Shown in pieces: positions 1-10,225 of a stretch of 64,000 nt of DNA. Below the pieces are notes generated by a model, which searched no databases, was not told where the DNA came from, and saw only the letters and a program-made list of their open reading frames with translations. The stretch comes from Lobosporangium transversale (lineage: Eukaryota), in assembly GCF_002105155.1 (NCBI RefSeq), contig NW_019029012.1:248001-312000 (forward strand), read 5' to 3'. A program made the position numbers and the translations under genes. Each line of letters starts with the position of its first letter. Position 1 is the first letter of the stretch.

Positions 1-476
1 AAGAATGGTTTTTTTACTGCAATCCGGCTGAAAATACCCAGTGAATGCAATGCCTTCGCAACTGTCCTCTCGCAAACTTTGTTCGGCAATTGGTTAGTGA
101 TATCATTAAGAGTACACCTTCTATTCTGCTTAGTATGGCGAACGATGCTCCTGAGGTCCCGTTCACTTAGTACTTTGGGCCGTCCTGGGATCGGAGTGCA
201 AGCAGTGGTGCCTCTTTCTTGGTACACCCTGATAATATTAATAACAGAGGTTCGGGGTACACCGCGTTGCAATGCGATTTCCGCAGCCTTCATGCCCGCG
301 AGGTGCATTCCAACGATGATACCTTTATTCTCAATGTCTAAGTGTCTCGCCATGGTGGTTTACTCAAGCTGTTTGTATATGAAAAACAGGAAGGAAAGAG
401 ATTGAAGGAAACGCTTCCCTACGTAACTATTTCAATATTTTATTTTTTTGTCCAATCTTTGTTTCAGGTGACTGTA
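1..476 (-). mobile_element. Tc1/mariner DNA transposon, 5' end (TIR plus N-terminal HTH region of transposase); continues off the window edge
   Basis: Minus-strand ORF from ATG at 353, missing from the ORF track, reads MARHLDIENKGIIVGMHLAGMKAAEIALQRGVPRTSVINIIRVYQERGTTACTPIPGRPKVLSERDLRSIVRHTKQNRRCTLNDI...VCERTVAKALHSLGIFSRIAVKKPF. This is the paired-like HTH/GRPK/homeo-like HTH layout of Tc1 transposases. The element terminus reads TA|CAGTCACCTGAAAC on the minus strand (TA at 475-476). Confidence 0.88.
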
Positions 477-595
477 CAGTAGGCTCGTTCCCATCCCTCT
501 TCACTTTATAAAGGTGACAGGAAATTCCATTTCCTTTTTGAGTCACCTAAAGTGAAGGGGCTGGGAACGAGCCTAGGATGGGAACGAGCCTACAG
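477..595. mobile_element. Small non-autonomous inverted-repeat element (MITE-like)
   Basis: Starts TA|CAGTAGGCTCGTTCCCATCC-CTCTTCACTTTA. The near-complements TAAAGTGAAGGGGCTGGGAACGAGCCTA (548-575) and GGATGGGAACGAGCCTACAG (576-595) close it. No coding capacity. Confidence 0.7.
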
Positions 596-1482
596 AAATC
601 AAAGAGATGCTTCAGCTGCTTATTCGTGCACACAGTGATTGACGAACAAAAAAGGAAACAGGATTTGCGAAACAATAAAAAAAAAGTCCACAGCAACTGT
701 TTGCTCACATACATTTTTTTCACCGTTGTGTCTGTATCTCTTCTAAGCTTTCTGTCTGGCCGTTTAACACAAGGAACCCTCAGAAAGAGAAATACCTCGC
801 ATGATTGGTGCCAGGTCTGAAAACAACAATAATACAATGCTGTACGTGGAAGATAGGGTCTAGAAACTATACCATTGATCACAACTGCTACTCATGCTCT
901 CTTGCCAAGGACTTTAACAGGCATACCAACCCCTTCTTCCTTGCTCTCATAACCGCTTACATCCTTTCGATGCATTCTTTCGCCGTTTATGTCCACTACA
1001 TCTGAACCACACACAATTCACCACTCACTCCAACAGAGATATTTGTATCACCTTGGGTATGATATGTTGCTGTGGTTCCCTCTGGTTTCACTAGGCCCAA
1101 CAAACTCTATAAGCTGTTTACCAAGCCAGATATATCAAGGGAATGCAAGAAGACGAGGAAGCGAACGATGTGACAAATCAAGTCTTGCCGAGCTGTACAA
1201 GAAAAGATCAAGTTAGTCAAGCTCCATGGTGCGGAAGAATGAAACCACTCAGATTGCCCTCCTTTCAAGTCGATACTACGGCAGCGAATATTATCGCTGT
1301 TATATTAGATCAGTCAATAAATAAACGATACAATGGACTCCCAAGGGGATGCTAGTGTCATGCGAAAGTTTTCATAAGTTTTTTATTTGCACAAATAAAG
1401 AAGCCAGGATAGCTCCATGACAATTTAGTTTTCGGTCATTTATTTCGACATCGAAATAAAATTTCAAGACAATGCCCATGGA

Positions 1483-1791
1483 TTGCTGGATTTTAAGCCC
1501 ATTTATAATGGCAAATTTGCCCTTGTGACGGACGAAGGGATAAGCGTTTTCGCTCAAAAGAATGGTCCTGTACATATATATGTTGACAACCAAACTCTCT
1601 ACCATTGTCTCTTAAAAGGTTCCTCATCAAACAGCTATGTTAATAAGACCTTAATTAAGATATGGCGCCTACTTGAGCGATTGCAACGTCGTGTTGTTCG
1701 AACTTGGATTCCCTATGAGGATAACCCTGTGGATTATTTTTCGAGGGTGCAGTACTGTGGGTTTCATCCCAAGGAGGTAAACATCGGGTAG
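1483..1791 (+). mobile_element. DIRS/Ngaro-like retrotransposon RNase H remnant
   Basis: VHIYVDNQT..KGSSSNSYVNKTLIKIW..RTWIPYEDNPVDYFSR matches the DN..G.S..IW..(W/Y)IP..N..AD.LSR pattern of the RNase H of tyrosine-recombinase retroelements. No RT or recombinase was recognised nearby. Confidence 0.65.
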
Positions 1792-2170
1792 TATACTTTC
1801 AAATCAAGAGCAGTGGCAATGAGAAATACATCATGCCTATCGGGCCGGCTGTCATCTTATATCATCAATTCTCAGTACTTAGTACTGTAGTTAGCAACAC
1901 TTATTAAAGATCTCTCTATTTTGCGTTGCTACGCTTCATCATTAAGGTTAATCCAATTCACGTCCTAATTATCATTTATTCGAAATCATTTACGTAATGT
2001 TTGTAGGCTATAGTTACTGGAATCAGTCAGTAACGAATATGGATACAAATCTGTAAAAACTTTGAAACATATGCCCAAGTGAAGAAGAAAAATAATAATA
2101 ATAGCAACAATAATACAAAGAAATGAATAATACAACTAGAAATACATAAATATATACGGTAAGCAACCAA

Positions 2171-4093
2171 CTATTCTGGAAAGATCACATCACTCTGGAC
2201 AAACTTCTGTAATAGAGGAGGATCAGGCATGTCTGTGCTGTGGGGTTCTGTCTTGTTGAGCTGGTCTTGAAATGCTATTAACAGTGACTACATATTTGAC
2301 ATGTTTAAGAAATAAGAATAAAATAAAGACATTCTAAGACTTAACTATAGAGTATCGTACCTTGACATGAAAAAAAATTGAAATGACATATCCTGTTCCA
2401 GACACATCAGTTATTGATCTTGGCAGAAAGCTTTCTGCTGCTTTGTGGAGGACATACAGGCCATCATCCGGATTCATGGTCATCACAAACATATTGAGTT
2501 GGAATCCAAATACCTGGATGCATATCACCATTGGTTTGAGAACTCCCTTCGATATCTGGGAATTTATCTCATCCTTTGCCATCCTAGTGAGTTTCCAGAA
2601 ATCATGGATTCTTATACACTCCCGACGATCCTTCTCAGGGGGCTTGACTTCACCCAAAATACCTACTACCTCTGAGTTAAAAACACTTGAGAGGGCTCGA
2701 CATGGTACCTCAACGAAGAAATCTGGTCGAACGCCCTTTTCGTATCCTGACTTAGAAGCGTTTCCAGAATCGTGTTCAATATTATAAAATGTGAGAAAGC
2801 TGCTTCTTTGTCCAAACACAACATCTAGAAAACATTGTAGACGAGTCAAGATGAAGCCCATTTCTCCATGCTCGTTATGGGCCTGAAAACTGGTTGGAAG
2901 TATCTCCACGCTATTTATAAATTTAGAGGGGCGGTATTAAGACATAGGCAAGTTAATGTATCAAGTAATCTGTTTTCAACTTGACTTACAGCCGCTGCCA
3001 GATCCTCACTACCCGTTTCATTTCGATACTGCCTCCGTACAGCGCCTGTATACTGTCCATCAATTGCTCCTCCGATTGCAGACTCTGTAATATTGCTTGC
3101 ACCTTAAGAGTGAGGAACTGCAGGTCGTCATGAGGGGCAGGGGAGTACACAGATCGCAAAGAGCCAAGATACGACATATGTTCCTGGCTGGATAGGCCCA
3201 ATGACGCTTGATCAGTCCACCATATCCCGTTCAATGACCTAGCTCATGTCAAAGATAAATAACAATAATAGTAATGATAATGATGATAATGATAATGATA
3301 ATAGTAGACTTACAAAGCCTCAGGAAGCAGCGAAGAAATATCACGACCAGGCAACACAAGTTTTGCAGCATTTATCTGGAATTTTTTAAATCTTTGACGC
3401 AAACTAGAAGTCGAATCTGATGAAGTGGATAATTCTTGATGTGCCACTGCATGTATAACAAAAGCTTGCTTTTTTCGCTTGCTTGGTTTCGCTGACCGCT
3501 TCCGTTTCTCTCTTTGTACTTCGCTTACCAGGATAGTGTTAGTATCGGTGGTGGTAGTAGTCTCAGAGGTATTATTGGAGATAGTGCCAGAGATGCTTCT
3601 CAAAGCTTCAATATCACTAGAGTATGGCGAACCTGAGCTAGAAGGACTTGACTGGATATTAGCACCACCATCATCCTCGCCATTCTCGCCATTTTGAGGA
3701 CCAGCAGGCGTTGGCATGCTGCCTTCCCCTATGGTAATTGCAGGGGATCCTAGAGTAATAGTCAGCAAAATATGGTCACCCATGACATCTAAAATAAATA
3801 ATTCATTGTACCATACCATCGGTAGTTTCATTTGACCAACTTGCCACCATTTTTTTCGTTAGTAAAGGGGCGCTCTCTGCGTAGTCTCTCCATTGAGGGG
3901 AATCACTGTTCTTGAATTTCTTCATAAATTTGTTCCACTCTGCAGCAACCTCAGCAGGCTTTATGATCGCACGGCTCGCCCTAAAGAGCACAAAGCCTTT
4001 TGGGTCTGCATCCCCAGCTTCCCTAGATAGAAAGTAGCCTGATCCCCTTGCTCATTTTGTAAGGACTTTGGAAAGGGGAACGTTAGTGGACAT
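2171..4093 (-). pseudogene. Five-exon gene for a PD-(D/E)XK (restriction-endonuclease-fold) protein with a single premature TGA at codon 14
   Basis: Exons join ORFs 3803..3991, 3310..3831, 2986..3234 and 2334..2909 plus a last exon SLLIAFQDQ...VIFPE* through GT-AG introns. The motif RPDFFV...GEVK...DFWKL..MAKD is present. The start reads MSTNVPLSKVLTK*ARGSGYFLSRE with TGA at 4052-4054. Confidence 0.65.
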
Positions 4094-4162
4094 CCTGTAC
4101 TTGACTACAGATATAATAAACTAAGATAAAAATGCAATAGTTAGCAAAAGCATTCGATGCTA

Positions 4163-4801
4163 CATGGAGTAGAATGAGCACCCGCTAGCAAGGACAATGC
4201 AGCGCTATTGTGCGGTAGAGCCATGTCGGTCACCGGCTAATATATAGGTATTTCAGGCCACACTGTACCTCACACAACGAGCCATATGACACAGCATGTT
4301 TCCCCCCAAAAGACCAATATACAACAGCCTTTACTCATAAAACAACATATTTGCTTCCATTGCCTTTTATGAAGCCGAAAATAGAATGAGTGTTAGAAGT
4401 GGATAACAAGAAACAGAGAAGTTGGAACTAAGGAAGGAGAATAAATGAGAGGATTGATGTGCGTAAACGAAAGGGCAGATGTAATTATAATAATGCAAAG
4501 AGGAATGATTCAATGATTGGGAGTGGACGCGTTATTTTTTTATTTATTTAAGTTATTTTCCTGAGGCCGCTCTGCTGCTTACGTAATTAAATTAAAAAAG
4601 ACGCGTCCACTCAATATGTTGTTTTATGAGTAAAGGCTGTTGTATATTGGTCTTTTGGGGGGAAACATGCTGTGTCATATGGCTCGTTGTGTGAGGTACA
4701 GTGTGGCCTGAAATACCTATATATTAGCCGGTGACCGACATGGCTCTACCGCACAATAGCGCTGCGTTGTCCTTACTAGCGGGTGCTCATTCCACTCCAT
4801 G
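4163..4801. repeat. Long nested inverted repeat (fold-back)
   Basis: 4163-4351 is the reverse complement of 4613-4801 (~189 bp, about 3 mismatches by eye). Inner arms GAGTGGACGCGT (4521-4532) and ACGCGTCCACTC (4601-4612) have AT-rich imperfect extensions. Confidence 0.95.
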
Positions 4802-4839
4802 GTGTTGCTCGAGCATATGAAAACTATGATCCTTTCACT

Positions 4840-5530
4840 TACAAATTTTATTTCCTCGAGCGCTTCGCAGAGCTAATGCAGAGACCTCTCGCAGTCCTTG
4901 CTGCTATCATGATGGGATTAAACTTCTAGGGTTGCATTTGAGATGCCCTATGAACAAGGGACTTCCCACCAGTATTTTCGGCACCATATTCCAGGAAGCT
5001 GGTGCGGCTGGTATGGTGGCAACGTGCGCTGGTAAAATATCTATGAATGCCAGCAGCACCATATCCAAGCTGTGTGAGTCTGCAATCAATCGTTTTTTTA
5101 GACCAGTATGGAGATTAACTCGGTAGCATACCTCTAGCAAAAAGAAATCACGAAGGAGGTAGGAAATAAAAGAGATAGACACTCGTTTATCTTTAGTTTG
5201 GGTGGAAGAAGATGAAAGTTGGGAAATGCGCAGAGGAGCGGAGGCTATTTAAAGATGAATATAGTGGTATCGTAATGACACAGCTTGCTATATGGATTTT
5301 ATTGATTTTTTTTACTGATTGATTATTACTGATTGGTTTTTGCTGGTTGGTTTTTGCTTTGATTTTCTCTGATTTTTTGATTGCATCCTTGACATGCGAA
5401 TCGAGCAAGTCGGAACACCAGCATTTGGTGGTAAGAAGCCAATAGCCGGCTGTTTTCTTCTCGTAGGAAGCACGAAGAACTGAATCTGGCCATGTCCATG
5501 AGTTGATGAAAGTTAAAGGATGAATTTGCC
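4840..5530 (-). pseudogene. Degenerate spliced gene fragment of unknown family
   Basis: Protein-like segments (QIHPLTFINSWTWPDSVLRASYEKKTAGYWLLTTKCWCSDLLDSHVKDAIKK...; VCYRVNLHTGLKKRLIADSH...) are separated by intron-like sequence and interrupted by stops. Confidence 0.3.
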
Positions 5531-6445
5531 CGTTCTACGGTCCAAGGGATATTACTCTCACTTTTTTTTTTGTTTCAGTCACAGAAGTAGAAATGCCCTA
5601 AACCAATAATACCAGATGGAGCTGCTTGGAATCTAATTGTCTCCAACTTGACCACTAACTGTGCGTCGAATAGTGATGGCCCTAAGATCAATTAGGAGCA
5701 ATCAATACGAGTCATTTGCAACCATTGAATGGCTTTTGGTTTACTTGTGTCTGTGCAATGCTTTCCTACTGATAGAGATACAGATGCATAAAACAGCTTT
5801 CAAACGAGTGGCTCCGAGACCATCGCTATGTTCTCTTTCTACAGTGCGGTGCCCATGATAGCGAGGACACCAAGGTTAGTTGGTGAGCTGAACACTTAAC
5901 GGTAAATGTGGTTGTTTTCTATGCTAAATCCTATCACATGGCTCAGAGGCTATAGCACGAACCGAACAAAAAAAAAAAAAAAAAAAAAAAAAAAGTGGCA
6001 TTTGTTCACGAAATGATGCATGATACTTGTGCGTTGAACTGGCGCATGCTGTTTGTGCGTGAAATAGATGCAAAAAGTTTGACATAACCATGCAGCCTCA
6101 GAAGTTCTGGTCAGCCGGTAGATCTCTTTTGCTTGATTCTTGTTGAATACTTTCATAATCATAAAGAATTAAGTTGAAACGGGATAAAGCATAGGTGTGT
6201 GGTTTTTCCGCTTGCATCTACCCTTTTAGTCCTGGCAGGGCCTCACTCTCTTGCCGTTGTGAGGCCTCAAATCCAGCGTGAACCCCTCCTGTCTTCTTGA
6301 GGACAGACGTTGGATTGCCAAGTTGCTTCAAATTCATCACCGCTTTTCCACAATGCTAGGATGCATATCTCAAGAAGGGAAAAAGCGCACGCAATGATAT
6401 TTCCACAACAGGTTGCATCGAAACAGGACATTGAGTTAAGGCAAC

Positions 6446-6480
6446 GTCAACTGTCAACTGTCAACTGTCAACTGTCAACT
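6446..6480. repeat. (GTCAACT)5 tandem repeat
   Basis: Five direct 7-bp units are visible. Confidence 0.9.
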
Positions 6481-7010
6481 TGTGATGAGTAAGGTGGTAG
6501 AGATCAAGAAATGTTTTCAAGACGTCGTTACGAAGCAGCTTATCACAAAATTTAGTATACCAGGGGTGCACTTGTTTTGGTTCTGCAGAAAGCCCACTTT
6601 GGCTTGTCCCCTTCAAGTGGGCTTTTAAAGAATAGACAAGTATAATTACTGACTATTTGAACAGGATTAGTCTTGCTGGTCCTACTTAAGGCAAAATATT
6701 ATATCGTTAACAATCTCAAACGTGATTAAGAGGACGAACACATAAAAGCTATTCAAATGCACCAGGGGTCAATAGTTATATTAAAAGGTCGAATAAAAAA
6801 AGCGGGCGAATGCTTGACATTGGTTAATTGCATTGTGACATTTGGTATAGGGCATAGAAAATACCTTTCATCCAATAAGCTTTCTAGGAACAGCGTGTCA
6901 TGAAAAATGAGCCACAAAGTCGATATTCGCGGTCCTGTTTTGCTATCTTCCTTGATTCTCCTCACATCCTTTGATTAATTCTCTTTCATATCTTTTTTTC
7001 CTTCAGCATC

Positions 7011-7334
7011 ATGGTTCTGGCTCACACTATTCTCCTCAAGATCAAGCCCTCGTTGAGCGAAGACCAGGCACACGACATCCTCAAGGCCGTTGCCGCCCTG
7101 AAAGATCAGCTCCCAGGAGTGGTTGAATCTGTGCATCTTGGTGCCAACTTTTCTGCTCGTTCCAAGGGTTATACCCATGCCTTCACAATGATCTTCAAGG
7201 ATAGAGCTGCACTCGAGACCTATGAGAAAGCGCCTGAACACGTCAAGGTCGTTCAGGAAATCATTCGTCCCAACATTGATGATCTCTTGTGTGTAGATTA
7301 CGACATTATTGATTACTCTAATCCTCGCATGTAA
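7011..7334 (+). CDS. Stress-responsive A/B barrel (Dabb) domain protein
   Basis: Uninterrupted 107-aa ORF: HTILLKIK...LKDQLPGV..G.NFS.RSKGYTHAF.M.F.D..AL..Y...P.H..V, a typical Dabb pattern. Confidence 0.9.
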   Translation: MVLAHTILLKIKPSLSEDQAHDILKAVAALKDQLPGVVESVHLGANFSARSKGYTHAFTMIFKDRAALETYEKAPEHVKVVQEIIRPNIDDLLCVDYDIIDYSNPRM

Positions 7335-8420
7335 AAAAAAAAAAAAAAAAAAAAAAAGCACGGTCCAGTACCTGGCTACGATATTTATCATAAATAAAAT
7401 GACTTCGCAACCAGGTGGAGAGAACCAATTATTTAAATAGCATTGTGAATTCCCTTTTTCTCCCTGTCTCTTAAAACATGCTTGGGAATAATAGGATCGT
7501 TGAATAGATAGACATTTCGCTTTAACATGAGATAACCATTGTAAGCGTCTTGAATGCTATGGATTCCCAAAATGTTGAAACTTGTCCAAGGAAAAATGCA
7601 TAAATATGCCTCCTAGTAAGTTTCGGTTGGGGGCGACAGAAGAATAGATTCGGAATGATAATAATAATAATAAAAAAAACATTGTGCAGAGTCCAGAATA
7701 CAAGGACGAGGGACCGCCGTCGTTGACCAAAATCGTATGAGCATGTCTCTCTTATCCTCGAATCTCACAAAAGAACTAATGCTGCACTCCTTACGGAATA
7801 ATTCCTCCACTCTCTAGATCCTTTGTCAGAACATGTATGGCATCAAGCTCATCATAGGCTATTGAAGAGGACGTGGATCTTGTTAGCACTCTTATATTTT
7901 GGAGGCAAAAGAAAATGTGGGGCGCTTTTCACTTTTTGCCCTTCTATCTTGGACCGGATGAGCTTTGCTGGAGCCCAACCAGGACTCAGTACACTCTGGT
8001 TAATGAAATTGTGACTGTTCCAATTCATTAAAGGACACAATCTGTTGCACTGCTGCGGAGAGAGACAGTTGTGACACAATAAAGGACTCATTCCCATGAA
8101 CATTCTTCCCGTTCTCATTCAACAACTTTAGACACCATTCAAAAAAAGCATAGAAACCATTAATATCACGAGCACGCCCATACACACATACACTTTTGGA
8201 AAGGGAAGATAATAATAAAATAAAAAATCCCTCTCTCGTAACCACAGCTTTCTTCAGTCGGACTTCAGACTGTGCAAGAAGGTTTTTACGCCACCAATTC
8301 TTGAAGCTATCGTCACAAGCACACGTTGCTGAAAAAAAAAAAAAAAAAAAAAAAAAAGACTGGCGACCTACAACTGCTTTTTACTTTGGATCCCTCGCTT
8401 ATATCTACGTTCATCAAGCA

Positions 8421-10175
8421 ATGGCAAACCAAAGCGATCATTCACTCCCAAAAGATACATTAAGCGCCATACACTATCTTTTGGATCTACTTCACCCTTC
8501 CAAAGTCAAACAACAAAAGGTCTTTCCGAGAGTTTGTCTGATTCACCAGATCTACAGTATCATTGACGACCATACCACTGTCGATCGCACTTTGGTAATA
8601 CTTTTTCCCCTTTATCTCTCCTTTTTCTTTTTTTCCTTATTGACTTTAACATCTAACAGGTTCAATTCAATACTTTTGTATATACCATACCGCTTCATTT
8701 ATAGGCCCAACTAATCAAGGATGGTACAATTAGAAAGTTTTATCTTGGGGGAACAGGGTCTGACGAGTTTGCGATCATGCTGACGAGCGACTATGTAACG
8801 CAGATCGAACAGGCAAAGGAGCAATATCTCAAGGACCTTCAGGAAACAATTACAATCAGTAGTACTACTAGTTCAGCAGCAACAACATCATCTCATAATA
8901 ACAATAATAATAATAATAATAAACGAAAGATACAGCCACAGGACCGCGATCAAGAGCAAGGGCAGGAAGAAATAGCTAGCCAAAAGAGAACAACATTAAG
9001 AAAGCCGATCACAAGATCTACTATTTCTTCCACCAACGGAGGAGCCTCAGAACCTTTGACTAGCAGAGCATCTCCGATTAGAACCTCAGTCAATGAAGCT
9101 ACTACGACTGGTAAACGTCATGATTTCAAAGCGGACGAAACTATCTTTGATCGTTTCAAGGACTTGGTCACCAGTGGACGTTATTTTGAAATCTCTATCC
9201 AACATTCTAATATGCAATCCGTTATTGGAGCTACTGATGAAGACATTACGTACGTAGGCAGCAAGCTTGATCCTTTTGCCTATTCTTTTATAAAGTATTT
9301 GATGCAAACCTTCTTTTTTTTCTCTTCTTTTTATTTTTAGCACTTTGATTCGATACTCTTTACTCAACCGTAGTCTGTCGGTGCCTGCGAACCCCCATCT
9401 TGTCAATCTGAACCAACCCATAGGACGAGGAGGTGGAGGTGGGGGCGACAGTACTAAAACCAACACCACAGGCGGTGGCCACACGGCATTGAACCAACTG
9501 ATCCATGCAACGAATCAGGAACAAGCAAAGGCAATTAAGTCAGAGACAACAGCAACTACAGCGGCAGCAATAACTAGCAGCGTGTCTACAGCCTCAGCAC
9601 CATCCCAAACCACAACAATCTCCGCCGTACTAGGCCGCCATGAACGCGTGACTGATGATGTGTCCTACAGGTTTGCGATCCGTCAGGGAGGCCTCTTTGT
9701 AACTCATCTTTTAAAGGGAAGGCTTGAGATGTTGAGGATGATTCGGCGGCAGACCTTTGGGGACATGTTGACTTCGGTAAATAGCACTCGTTCACTCATT
9801 GTATAAGAGCAACCAACCATTCAGCTGCGATTTTTTTTTTTTTTCTATGTCTGTACCCATTATTAAACTAAATGTAACATTCATCTTTCTGTACTACTTC
9901 TTAGGCCCTGGTATCAAAGCCCTTACGAGGATCGTTCCTTCCTCATAAATTTCATATTCACGATATTATCGGAAGTGGACGCGTCCAAAGGTAGGCAGAA
10001 ATTTTGAATGGAAATGATGTGCTTTTATTTTCATCATACCAAGCCTGTCTGCGTTGGATAAATACTGAAGACGAGGTGTTTGTCAACATGTTCAATGATA
10101 AATAGCGATATGACCACAAGTGGCCAACTGCTCAAGTTGACTTTAAAAGGAGAGGCGAGCGCAAAGGCAAAATAA
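8421..10175 (+). CDS. STK19: STK19-like winged-helix protein (spliced)
   Basis: N-terminal FPRVCLIHQIYSIIDDHTTVDRTL and C-terminal FAIRQGGLFVTHLLKGRLEMLRMIRR...FHIHDIIGSGRVQ..TTSGQLLKL resemble the metazoan STK19 segments (PPIVLRSQVYSLV.DRTVADRQL; F....KGRQAVL.MVRK; YHVHDLIG...TTSGTLLRL). GT-AG introns. Confidence 0.8.
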
Positions 10176-10225
10176 ATTATATAAGATAGTGGATGTTTAT
10201 GATCATATAGAGTACAATATCTTTT

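Noticed and set aside
79..405. Plus-strand 108-aa ORF
   Set aside because: Antisense shadow of the minus-strand Tc1 transposase frame.
5815..5955. Possible U3 or C/D snoRNA (ATGATA...GAGGA...CTGA)
   Set aside because: Boxes are degenerate, and I found no convincing terminal stem or rRNA complementarity.
6589..6625. Hairpin plus T-run resembling a bacterial intrinsic terminator (similar one at 58414-58437)
   Set aside because: Eukaryotic context, and single short inverted repeats arise easily by chance.
7011..7357. Dabb gene as a processed retrocopy (no CDS intron, poly(A) right at the stop)
   Set aside because: Poly(A) runs are ubiquitous here, no TSD is seen, the ORF is short and intact, and an acceptor-like sequence precedes the ATG.
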